DNA of 64,000 nucleotides, from positions 9,527,859 through 9,591,858 of the forward strand of contig NC_134036.1 in the NCBI RefSeq assembly GCF_964204645.1, given 5' to 3'. Positions 13,878 to 25,800 of the stretch are shown one piece after another (positions within the stretch are counted from its first letter, which is position 1; each line of letters opens with the position of its first letter). The notes under the pieces were generated by a model. That model worked only from the letters and a program-made list of their open reading frames with translations, was not told the origin of the DNA and ran no database searches. Made by a program: the position numbers and the translations under genes. The stretch is from Tubulanus polymorphus (Eukaryota > Animalia > Nemertea).

Positions 13878-16289
13878 AACATTTTTAGCTACTACGAAAT
13901 CTTGCTGCGGATCAGTATGCAACCAAACCAGTTTGGCTTTTCAAAAGAACCATTCAACTGCCATGGCCGTAACCTTGATAAGTGACGAAATTTCATAAAA
14001 TTTAGAAAGAAACAAGAAAATTAATTTTAGAAAATTATTTGACGCCTGCGAAAAAAATGTAGAATTTCTGGGCTAAGCTAATGTGGAATTGCAAATTTGA
14101 AATCGAAGTTTTTAAGAAATTTGGGGAATGATGAGATTTGGCGATTGGGTAGATGATACAGGTCTTCGACTATAGTAGTGGTTTAAATTTTTTTTATTGA
14201 AAATTCTCAATAATTGATCGCGAACTTGCGACCGACTTCATTTACTTAGGCCTCTAAGCTGGTCTGCAACTTCATTGCCTCCATGGTTGAAGAAAGAGCT
14301 CTTCTGATGTCTGCTTCATCATGACTTCGAGCATATCGTGTGGCCTAGCCAGCCGGCCCGGTCCCCGGGCCCGGGCCAGGGGTTTGGCTGTCACTCGATA
14401 TCCTAGAGTCTTGAGTCTGGGTGGGTTGAAGTAGACATTGTCATTTGAAATAACATGCTTATGTTGTTCTGTATGAATTACCCGTGTGTCATGTATGTTG
14501 TATTAATTTATTTTAAAATTTGTATTTATTGAATTTGGGAATTTTATCCCAGAATTGAATGTAATAAGGATCAATTAAGAATTGAATTAAATTGTCACCT
14601 AATATACATGCCATCAGAGGACGCGGAGCCGTATATGACAGCTATGCTATTATAAATTGCTAATCTCACGAAACCTGCATACTCCTAATATCAAACATAT
14701 TTTCTAAAACTCAAAATTAGAAATCTTCATTCGGAACTGTTAAAATCCGAGTTCCCCAAGGCTCAATTGTAGGTCACTTGCTTTTTTTTTATACGTTAAT
14801 AACTGAATTAAATTTTCTAGTGTGTTAAAACTTATATTTTTTGCTTATGACGCAAGTGCATTTTTATAGTTACAACAATTTAGACGGATTAGTATGTACT
14901 GTACATATTGAATTATCAAAATTTTTACCTGGTTTCAAACAAACAAGTTGCCATTTAATGTATAGAAGACGTCATTTATGGTTTCCAGTTAATTATTGAA
15001 AAATAACTTGAGAATATTGAACAAGTCAATGTCCTAAATTTTGTTAGAGTTCTTATCCAGATATCTAAACTGGGACGATCTCATAAAATCAGTCGACACA
15101 ATAGTTTCTCGAAACATTGATATAATAAATAGACTCAAATATAAGCTCCCAGCGAGCTCATTTCGTACACTTTATTTTTCGCTTATCGATCCTTGCCTCC
15201 AGTTTTATAACTACAGCCAATAATTGAATTGCGAAAAGAGGTATTAGGTTCATTTCGAATTCCTATTATTTGACGTACACTGACCCTATATTCAAACAGT
15301 AAATTTCCTCAGGCTCAAAGATATTGATAACCCCCAGTTAGGTACTTTTATCAACTAATTCGTCCACTCTGAATTGTCGAAATCATTCGAAAATGATTGA
15401 AGCCAAAATTTTCAAATCTACAGTCATAATAGTCGGTGACGACAAGATTTACACACACTTTCTCACAATAGCCAAAGTAGAACCATTTCTGGAAAATTCA
15501 AAACTGTTTCTGAGAAATTATAGAAAAAAAAACTTTGCCCTTGATTACATTATATATTCATCCTCTTATTAAAACTCAAATTATAGTTATATTGAAAAAA
15601 TAGAATTACATGTTAATCTAACTGTTTATTATGTGTGCAATTGTGTGTTTTGAGGGTTGACTGTGAGCGTGGTTTTGTGTTATCTTTCCCGTTTTTCGTT
15701 TGCACTTTTCTCTTTTGAGGGACCTTTTTATATAAACTCTTTCTTAGTTTCTACGGAGCCATTCGAGTCTAATTTACTGTATTTTGTATGACGCTTCGGT
15801 GAACTATGCTGTGTATTATATTTGAAAAACGAGGCTTCATTTATTCTTTCCAGGTGCCACTTTTATTTCGTGTGCTGTATCTATTCCTGTTAAAGGGAAA
15901 TTCTCTTTGTCGATTGCTAGCTTTATATTTAATCATTGTCCGAATGCAGAATGAAAGCAGTTCTGAGAAAAAGTTGAAGTATGTTCTGAAGGCTGCCCTC
16001 TCATTAAGAGGTTAACAAAGCTTGGACATGGAACTGGATACAATGCTTTTTAAAAAGCAGTTAACAAAACTTCATTTAATGGGATTAAATGATGTAACTG
16101 AATTTATTAAGTATATTCCTAAAATTACGCCCAGTTAAGTCCGATATAAAGCTAAAACCTACGGAAAGCCTCGCTTGCCCGTATGTTTGCGCAATCTGCG
16201 GTAGAACGGCAGCGACATTTCAGCTCGTAGAGTCACTACGAAAGATTTCTACCGGTGTTGCTGTTCCACGCCGTAGTTATAAGCAAAAA

Positions 16290-16860
16290 AAAACTGCGTG
16301 ACGAATGCTCGTCCATGCAGCAGCGTGTTGCGTCCAGCGAAACGACGACTATGTTGACTTCTACCCCCACGATCATGTACCTATTCCCCTGGCTCGAATT
16401 TACTATAACAAGTCCAATGACTTGCTCTTTCTTCATTAGCATTATCATAAGCACCATGTGTGTAATGTTTGTTCGTTAGGTGCTTCACCGCACGTATGTA
16501 TTCTTGCGAAGTGTACACTTGAATGGCTGTCCGCCACTGTGGCTCCTGCTATGGTGAACCTAGCGACTTCTTTGCATGGAAGCCTTGCTGCACATTTCAC
16601 GGGGGAAATTCTTGCTTGGTTAGTCTGTTGTAATGTTTCTTTCCTGTATTTTGAACAATTACCACGAAAACAATTACGTTCAAACTTATTCAGATTCATA
16701 ACATACAACCGGGATACGTTCCGAGGGTTCATATCCATGCTCACTGCTTCTTGCTTCCGTGTCTCTGGAGGTCACGTCCTCTCAAGTACCTTCTCCCGTA
16801 ACCCCCACACGCGTAGCATTTTTGGTGGTCGGTAAGTCCCTTTTGGTTAATTTTCTGTCA
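16290..16860 (-). pseudogene. Degenerate Ty3/Gypsy-like gag (zinc knuckles) and protease fragment
   Basis: Minus-strand KCYACGGYG and RGNCSKY knuckle relics; IVGVEVNIVVVSLDATRCCMD resembles a decayed retroviral aspartic protease motif. Confidence 0.4.
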
Positions 16861-17559
16861 CCCCAGAATGAAATAGAATATGCTTTGCATTTCAGACAGT
16901 ATCAAACTTCAGAATATTAAGTAACATATTGCACACCAAAAAGATAGTGTTAAGTAATTAGTTAAATGGTTTTCATGTTATCCCCTACTCCTACGTCTGA
17001 TATCTGGGTCGTTTTCGTTACGGCGCATTATTTCTTTGAAGGACAATGGATACTACATTTTTTAAACCCTCAACCCAAGATATTTATATATCGTAAAGCC
17101 CAATGACGTAGTGGTGTCATAATGGCATACTCACCATCAATGCAGATAAAATTGATAGAGGCAGGCCATAACATGGACTTGTTTTGAAACAACGGGGAAA
17201 ATCTCTGTTTAGTTTGGTTTAGTTTATTGGTCATATATGCATAAATCATGAACAGACAAACTTACAACTAGGTTACATATACATAGAATATATGTTCGCG
17301 TCTAGTGAACGACGAACGACCGGTATGATTGAGTATTTACGGGTTTATTACAAACGTTATTTAAATATGTAGTACAGTATAAACGGTAAGCACAAAAGTC
17401 GTCGTACCATCGGCGGTCGGTCGCTGCGTCTACGTGGTTGCAGCGGCACCCTGAAAAGAACGTACGACGGGAACGTTAAGCTAGCTGTCGTGCCGTCGGC
17501 GGCTTTCTACGGCGAGCGACGCGAACGACGAAGCTTACCTTGAATTCGGATTGTCAGCC

Positions 17560-18130
17560 GATCTGCTGTCATTGATCGTAGGCGGCGTCCGCCGTTTTCA
17601 GGGAATGCGCCAGGTGTTTCGCTAGCGCCTGCTGAATATCTCACGCCATACTGCGTTGAGGCACTTGGACATAAGCTGAAAGCGTGAAAGAGGAGACGTT
17701 ATAGGCGGCGGCGGCGGCGGTCTACTCCGGTCGGCCGCGGGTTACTTACCAACGAAGACAATTTGTCCCCGTAACGCGTGGTGAACAAATAGTCGTGTTC
17801 GTGTCGGCCGTCGAGAAAGAATCGGCGCGTATTGTGCCCGTATTTCTTCAGCATGCGATATATTTTGGCGTCGACGATGAGTTAGCACGCCTGTCCGCTT
17901 TTCGTCGTCTTGTGAGTTAAAACCTGACGACGTATCTGGTTTCGTTTTCGGCGTCGGTAACTTTGCATGCTATCTTCAGCCGCGAGTATTCGACGTTCGA
18001 CGGGTCGCCACCCCGCTTCCCGACGCTGATGACTAGCGTCAGCATCAGGTAGTTCCTGGCGCGAAGAGCTTTCGACTGCGTCAACGACGCCGGCTTCGAA
18101 TAAAGAAGTTTCCAGTTTCCAGGCGCCATT
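17560..18130 (-). pseudogene. Degenerate tyrosine recombinase (distant paralogue, YR-3)
   Basis: Across frames: RNYLMLTLVISVGKRGGDPSN (catalytic R), VLTHKTTKSG (K), DYLFTTRYG, ALAKHLAHSLKTADAAY (H...Y); frameshifts and stops. Confidence 0.75.
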
Positions 18131-18520
18131 TTGTGGCGGTCCCTCGAGGTCTCCATTGTTGCGATAATTTGAGCTCATTTTTAAAACATAAGTTTAGATT
18201 GAATATCACATAGTTCTGCAGTCCCTTGCTCGATGAACTTAATTTATACACCATTTTAAAGGAAATAAAATGCAGATATTTGTTGGCGATTCTTGGAATT
18301 TTAGAATGCAACAATTGAGAACAGTGACGATATGAAACCAAGGACCGCATATCTTATAGCGCGTTAAAGAAATCGCGATATTTATTAATTTGAAATATCT
18401 AAGTATATCTTGAAGCTTTATTTCCAATTTTCACAGAGGTTAAAGATGGTTATTTGCAGTTTAGGCCTGCTTTAAAATTTTTTAACATCTTTCCTGGGGA
18501 CTGATCAGTACGGGAGGGGG

Positions 18521-18525
18521 CCGGG

Positions 18526-18556
<31 letters not shown>

Positions 18557-18567
18557 TAGGGTTAGGG
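18521..18567 (+). repeat. G-rich hexamer tract (ACAGGG)n grading into ATAGGG/TTAGGG
   Basis: ggggcagggacagggacagggacagggacagggatagggttaggg. Confidence 0.85.
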
Positions 18568-19215
18568 CCAGAATCCTACCGAGATCGGAACATTTAAAAT
18601 GCGCGCATAGTCCAAAAGTGTTCATAAAGTACGAACGTTAGAATCCTAGGATGTGCCGAAGGACAAGTCGGCCTTTAGGCACATACCTTTTTGCCTTTGT
18701 GCACACTTCTGCACCCCTTATGCACACTTCTCTTCCCTTGGGCACATCGACGTGACTTAGGCACACAATTTTTTAATCGCGTTTCGACGCTCTCCCGACG
18801 GGTCCGTATCGGGCCCGGCCGTTCGGGCGCTTACGGGCGCGGCAAACGGCCGAAACTCCGGGGGTGGCTGGACCCCCTCCCGTACTACGGCTACCGACCT
18901 TTTCGAGGGTCTGGGCCCGGCGCAAGTTAGGGAATTCCCTCGGGATCCCCCCTAAGTCGGAACGAAATTTCGTCAGAAAAAAAGTCAGAAAAAAAAAATT
19001 TTTTTCTCCCTAAAGCGCCCCCTACGGTAATAGAATTGTTCCATTTCGCGTGGAGAACTCTCGAGGTCGTCAGGAGTCCGCGCATGCGCGGCACGACGCG
19101 TTAGACCCCAGGGGTCGGCCCCGGGACCGGGTACTCAAGAAAAGGCTTTTGAAATAGAGTGTGCGCAAAAGCCATCCGGTTAGAGGTATCCCTATACTGA
19201 CAGCCTCAAAGTAGA

Positions 19216-19418
19216 ATGTGCGTAAAGTCCATCGTATCAGAAGTATCCCTATACAATCATGTTCGAATCCCGAATTAAATTATTAGCGTGTGCGTAAAGT
19301 CCATCCTGTTAGAAGTATCCCTATACAATCATGTTCGAATCCCGAATTAAATTATTAGCGTGTGCGTAAAGTCCATCCTGTTAGAAGTATCCCTATACAA
19401 TCAGGTTCGAATCCCGGA
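19216..19418 (+). repeat. 72-bp tandem repeat (about 3 copies), each with a Pol III B-box-like GTTCGAATCC
   Basis: tgtgcgtaaagtccatc..tagaagtatccctatacaatca.gttcgaatcccg; single unit in copy 2 at ~54205-54260. Confidence 0.85.
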
Positions 19419-20969
19419 TGAGTGATTTTTTTTAAGGATCAAAATCGTTATAATTCCTCATTTTTCAGATGTGTCCGGGTTTTTGCTAGAAATCCTCGTT
19501 TGATGACCGAAAAGTGATAACAATAAGAGTGAAATTCGATATATCTAAATCATTTATTCAAAGGTTTCTCAGGTATTGCCTCAATTTTTCAACACCGTAT
19601 TTATTTACTATTTTTTTATGTCTTTATTCTTTTCTGCGACAAGCACTATTCTCCATGCTGGCATGTACTTTTTGAACGCGGCCCGAATCGCCTTCACCTC
19701 CTCCGTTGCATATCTTGTTCGCTTTTTTACGCGCTGCAAAACAAAATGGATAAGAATGATCCTGAAACTGTCTTGGTTGGCGGAAACAAATAAAAATGAA
19801 CTTACCACCGATACGTCGGTTGTGCTGGATGAGGCTAGGCTTATATTTTGTTCTCGGTCGGAACTGTCTTCTTCGTCTTCTTCATCGTTTGTTTGACCTC
19901 GTTCCTCGCTTCGTTCGCCTGGTTCAACATCTTCAGTGCCGACATCTGCGTCTTCCGGGGGGCACTCGTTCCTGCATCCGATTCCATTTCTATTTCTTCC
20001 GGGGGGCACTCGTTCCGGCCTCCGATTCCGTTCGAGGTTTTTTTGTTAAGACACCTGTTTCGAGCTGACAAAAAGAAAGAACTGGTTATGCTTGATGAAA
20101 CAAAATTGTGTCTATTACAGCCATTATGCCTACCCCGAATGTCCGTTTTACGGCTTTGCTCACGTCGATGGTTCCTTTGTGTCCATCCTTTAAGTTGTAG
20201 AACCTTTGAGCTGTCTTTTCACTGTGTAACATGTAGTGCGATAATTGCGTTCGCAATCGCGGATTCTTATCTGCCATGGCGGTCATAATGGATTTTCGGA
20301 TTATCGTAGGCGTAACCTGTCTTTTTCCAATGGTCAACTTTACGTACTGTTGTAAAGGTCTGAAAAACATATCATGAATTAGTCGCTGAATTTCATTTCC
20401 TAAAATGATTGATACAATTACTGACCGTTTGAGGTAATGAGACGGAAGAACACCTCCCTCGAAGTTACGCCAAATCGTTTGGTCTGGTTCGTTGTCGAAT
20501 CGCTTCGCGAATGTTTTCAGAAATCCAAATGGTACAGATTCAAGGTGAATATACCCGGCACCATACTTAGCGGTTGTCTTGTGCGGTATAACCTGAAAAA
20601 GAAAATAGATAATAATCGCTGAATAGTTCAGATACTTTGAACAATGAATGGGCTATACCTTGATCGTATACGTATTATCGACATCTTTCTTCGCATCATT
20701 AATCGCGCTCGGGGTAATGCCAACGGTTAGCGAAGGGCGGCTTGCTCCCAACGCAGTAACCACGAACAACACGAAGTTGCGTACAATGCAGTACTCCTCT
20801 GCAGTCAACGACGTCGGCTTTTTCTTTAACAGTTCTACTGCTGCTTTTGATGTCTCCGATTGTAGAATTTTTTTAACATCATCACAGTCAAGCAGTAGTT
20901 CTACAAAAAAGATTAAACATGACAGGAAAAATTCACCCTTAGTCACTGCATGCAGTGTATGTATGTATG

Positions 20970-21312
20970 AGTAGTGATGGTGGGTTACTATAGGCCCGTG
21001 GTTAAATTGTGGTTGTGGTTAAATCCAAGATGGCGGCTGTCATGTGATCCAAGATGGCGTCCGTCCAAGATGGCGGCTGTGGTCACGTGATCAAAGATGG
21101 CGCCCCAATCCAAGATGGCGACTGTGGTCACGTGATCAAAGATGGCGCCCCGATCCAAGATGGCGGTTGTGGTCACGTGATCAAAGATGGCGGATTTTGA
21201 AATTTCGATGGATGCTTACACCAGCTGTTACCCGATTACTCATGCGATAATCCGCGTTCGAATAGATTAAACAATACCAAATAACGACAGTTATATATTT
21301 CAAACAATGTTA
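20970..21312 (+). repeat. Left terminal inverted repeat, 343 bp
   Basis: Reverse complement of 36855-37197 with 3 mismatches counted by eye. Confidence 0.97.
21027..21192 (+). promoter_or_regulatory. Array of 8 AAGATGGCG (YY1 consensus) and 3 GGTCACGTGATC (E-box, USF/TFE type) motifs in the TIR
   Basis: Motifs counted directly; factor assignment rests on known consensus sequences. Confidence 0.6.
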
Positions 21313-21520
21313 CATATGTGAAACCATTGCCACGACACAAAAACAAGTGCGGGCAAGAATATTTATGCAATAGATTTACATCATAGGTCGAAAAGTTATC
21401 ATTTAGTTACCAGCCATCAAGGGGTAAACATCGTCACGATCGCAAAGGAATATATTAAAATGGAGCCGACTAGTTCATCGTATCTCTCCGCGGTCTCTGC
21501 ATATCGTAGAAGTCGATGAT

Positions 21521-22374
21521 ATGTGTGCACCGAAAAAGCGTCAAAAACTTAACTTACAGGAACGAAGAGGAAAATACCCCAATCTAAAATTGGATTTTAG
21601 TGGTACGTTAAATTTTTGATTTAATTTAATTTTCAATATCTTTGTACTTTTAACTTGGGGGGGGGGGATATCATGTAGCGGGGTCACTTTTCATGACAGT
21701 CGTTGTTAATAATAATTATTTCGTTTTCTTTTTCAGGCTTCCACGATGAAAATGCTACGGACAATGTTTTAACACCGCAGTCATTACGGCAAGTCTCCAA
21801 TACAGAATGTATAACCTACAAGGCGAATTTCAACCAGGATCCTCACTATATAGGAATGAGGGTATATGCGTCTGTAAAATTGTGGCAGGGGAAGAAACGA
21901 ATCGACATACGATTGCATGATTGTAATCGTACAATGAAACTATTCCCTACAAAGTGTGGAATTTCGTTGTATTTGGAGGAATGGATAAATCTAAACCGTC
22001 GAAAAGCAGCCATCGAGGATGATATCTTATCCGTAAAAAACAATCATTTACACAAAGGCGTGTTCAGCTTAGGTCGAAATAACTATTTAAAAATATACCG
22101 TTCACTACATTCAGGGCATATTTGCGTTGACATTAGAAAATATACTAGAGACGTTGTCGTCGGTGAAACAAAAGCCACCAGTACCGGTATAACGTTGTCT
22201 CTCGCGCAGTGGCAAAATTTAGAAGCTATCAATTTCGAGCACGATGCACCGGAACTAGAAGAAATGTCAATCTGTTTTCACGAAAATCAGGAGGATCGAT
22301 GTTTATTTTGTCCAGATGATGACACGTCAGATATACTGCAATGCCCCGAGTACTTCGATATTTCATTTAAGTAA
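21521..22374 (+). CDS. Tandem PC4/Sub1-domain protein (ssDNA-binding / transcriptional coactivator), 2 exons
   Basis: Exon 1 MCAPKKRQKL.. (NLS-like); GT-AG intron 21603-21736 in phase; PC4 signatures YASVKLWQGKKRIDIR..PTKCGISLYLEEW and CVDIRKY..ATSTGITLSLAQWQNL; C-terminal Cys/His cluster. Confidence 0.8.
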
Positions 22375-22865
22375 AAAACACAATCATATATGTATAAGCG
22401 TAAAAATAAAAGTATAATTTATTGATCTCTTTATGAATACGTAATAAAAAGTATAAAAATAATATAGAATAAACATCTTTTTTCATCATTCTTCTGGTAT
22501 ATATATGGATCGTGACATATGATATATATTGAAATAAGAATATAAAACGGAATATCTGGATTTTACAACACTCATCGGAAATTTGAGGATTAGAGCATAG
22601 TTGCCGATTTTACAAATATACAACCAAAAAAAAAACAGTTATCATTCTTACTACGGTAATACATCTAATGTACGTCGTAAATGATATAAAACAAAATTGA
22701 TACAAACAATACGGGTAAAATATGTTGTTTACTTCAAATCGTTGGACAACGATAAATGTAAAAACATTTGTTCTTTATGCGTAAATGATATAAAACGAAA
22801 TCGATACAAACCATATGGGTAAAATATACAAAAAACAGTTTTCGTTCATAATTTCTCATTTTTTC

Positions 22866-25800
22866 TCAAAAACCAAATGGAACGGTAATGTGCGGAGTAC
22901 CCGGAACAAACGCACGTTTCGTATATACAGCACGATAAATCTTTCGTTCATCTCTATTTACAATGTCGCACGTTTTTATTAGCCTAGTAATTTTGTTCGG
23001 GTTATTAACGTACAAATGATCAAATTTCCCGACGACGACCATTTCTAACATAGAATTAAAGTTTATTATTTTATTATTTCTATGGTTAAGCGATATCCCC
23101 TTAACTTTACATACCGTGGAATACTTTTTATCCCGCGGCGAGTACACATTAAACGCGTAATTTTTTGGCCCTCCCGATACAAACTCTGTGATATAGGCCC
23201 CCTCCCCATAATCCCCCGATAACTCGTCGGTCATATCCCCTAAAAATAATCCAGTAGAGGGGCACCAATCCCCCGGTTTGTGAACGTATATTATGGAATC
23301 CGTATCTGAGTATAGGGTTCGATCCCCTAATTTTTCCATATAGCTATATAATATCAACCGCGCATGCGCCGTTGTGAATGCGGCTACAGTAACGTTTTTT
23401 CTCAAACTCATTTCGACAGCGTCGTCGACCTTTTTATAGTGTACGCGTACAATCCCGTCGTTGCACAATAACACATCGCTGATCTCTAACGACGAGTCGT
23501 TTATCATGGCGAACAAATCACCCGGGTCGGAAATATATTTCGATGTAGTTTTATTTTGTTTCTGCCCGAGTTTCCCCCACATTGAATTTAGACATAACTT
23601 CGCGACAGTTCGAAGGCCACTAATCTTTTTGATTTTCTCTTTTTCCAAATGAACCCCCTCCCGAAATTTGTAATCATCTATGCATTTATCTCTTTCAGCC
23701 TCTGACATATTATCGTGCGGCCACCCACTGGCTTCGGTTTTCACTTTAAGAAATTGATTAATGTAATCTTTGAACAGGCCCGTTGCATGTGAGTTCCAAT
23801 GCCAAACCTCATGAATTTGAATGATTTTATAACCCAAACTTATGGCTTTCTCCACCTCTAGCGTAACCCACTCCCCCAAAAGAACGCGCTCTGTTTCGTT
23901 ATGCGTGCATACGTCGTGTTGGTTACACGTGTTGGCGCATGTTGCGCAAAGTGGGAACGTCAATTTACCACCGGACCTGTATGGTAATACGGGCAGAAAT
24001 AAACCCCGGGGTGGTAAAATTGAGCATTTGATTAGACCGTAATATTCAGATATATCGCCCCTGAAATTTTCAGTGATAACATCTGGGTGCCCAATCGGGT
24101 AGCTACATCGACTATTCACGTACGGGTATAAAGAGCAAATGTCGATGTAGCTGATTTTTTCATCGTCGACGATTTTATGATGAAGCTTTATGGCGTTAGT
24201 TCGACCCCCGTAGAAACATTTTCTAGGTTCGAGGGGGTCGAAAACAGTTACACGTTCCACAAAAGACTTAAAATTTACGTCGTCACGAATCTTACGGTTG
24301 TAATCGTGTTCCCACATTTGCACAACAGTATAACCCATTGTTTCCAACTCGTGCTTACGACGTAACGTAGCCTGATACACGTCGTCAAACGTACGACCAC
24401 CTCTGTTACAAGCTACCGGGTCACCTCTAACCGGGAAGCATTCGGGGCAACCGTGAAAGTAACACCCGTTAAACTCGTAGACGGTGCGTGTTTTTTCGTG
24501 GAAGCCGTCTACCTTAAATTTACCGAGTGTTACTTCACCCCCGTTCAAAACGTGTTTGATATCCAAATTTTTTTCCACCGCCAACCATTTCAACCACCGA
24601 ACAGCCATTTTTGAATACTTTGCGTTTGGTTTATATCCACCCGGTGGTATGAGACCAATCGTGTCGGGTTTTAAAAAACGCGATCTGAGTGCGAGATTGC
24701 ACGCTGCGGCGATCGTGATGCAACCGTCGAATGGGTCGACACTCGTAATACTATAGAATAGCTCTTGGAATTTGACTACGGATTGCATCAGAATATCGAC
24801 ATCCGAGCGGCAATACTCGACTAGCTCGGTTTGCATATCGAAATGTTTTTCAAGCTGTTCGGCGTGCCATTTGAGAAATTGCTGTCGATCGTTCTCGTTC
24901 ATTCTGTCGGGGTTATAATATTTTGATTCGGGTACCGGACCGGAATAATTCAAAGTTTCCTCCCGGCAGAAGAGATAGGGAAAATACCCCTTTTTTAATT
25001 CAATTAACCCCAACGTCGATGGTAATTTTACCAATTTCATGGGTAAAAAGTTTAATGTATCTAAAAATTGCATATTCAAATACTTCACTTACATGGACAT
25101 GATTTTACCGCCATTAGGGATAACTTCGGGTAAAATGCCCTGATTCACTAGAAACCTTAACACAAAGTAACCGTCGAATGACATGAAATTGTGGGCAAAC
25201 ACCAGCGACCCTCGGTTCTCTTCTGAAAATAACCATTCGCAGAACGAGGTATCGCTGGTAAATATGTGCTCGTTTTTCCCACAATCGCTACATGTCGAAT
25301 CGGCGGTTCTTTTGGTCAAAGCACAAGTACCGCACGTACGGTGCGCAATTGCCAAAATAACTCTGTGCGTACCATCCACCGTCATCGTCTCGAAGTCAAA
25401 CGATATTAATTTTTTTTCCAAGACGAATTCGGTAGATTTTTCGGCGACCTTTTCATCGTCGTCGTCGTCGTCGTTAGACTTTTTTGTGACCAGTTGCATG
25501 TAACAGAGGTGATCGAGGGGCATATCTTTACCGCACGATTTGCAAAAGTTCAACCCGCAATTATGATCGTCTAATTGATTTCGTGCGACAATTTTTTTAC
25601 AACTGAGACAACGTGCTTTTCGATCGCACATTACCGAACCGAATTTATTTTTGCGAGTCGTGTGCTGAAGGAAACACGACTCGTTTTTGAAATATATGCG
25701 GCACCTAGCGCAATAGAATACACCGGGTTGCTTAACGCAATCTATACCTAAACATAAAGAACAAATGTTTTTACATTTGTCGTTTTCCAACGATTTGAAT

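Larger units (their letters stand above)
11830..15520 (+). mobile_element. Fossil CR1/L2-group LINE reverse-transcriptase region, fragmented and interrupted
   Basis: Translated fragments AGADGISVKL, FNCSL..PLYKAG..NNKPISVLPCFSRILENIVYNRL (12450-12620), NQFGF/NHSTAMA (~13925), VPQGSIVGHLLFF (~14750), degenerate FAYDA in place of FADD, FRTLYFSLIDPCLQ. Confidence 0.8.

Noticed and set aside
19216-19418. tRNA genes at GTTCGAATCC motifs
   Set aside because: No cloverleaf or acceptor stem recognisable.
19558-20900. YR gene as part of the Polinton, or as a DIRS retroelement
   Set aside because: It lies outside the TIRs and TSD, a Polinton-free paralogue exists, and no RT/RNase H is linked to it.
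20988-21250. ORFs inside the TIRs (also 36917-37179)
   Set aside because: By-products of the 45-bp repeat unit.
25086-25092. GTAAGT at the pPolB stop as a splice donor that removes the stop
   Set aside because: The downstream sequence (VKYLNMQFLDTLNFLP) is conserved exonuclease-region sequence in the same frame, so a nonsense mutation is simpler.
23461-25503. Plus-strand ORFs within pPolB and other antisense ORFs in Polinton genes
   Set aside because: Antisense shadows of real coding frames.
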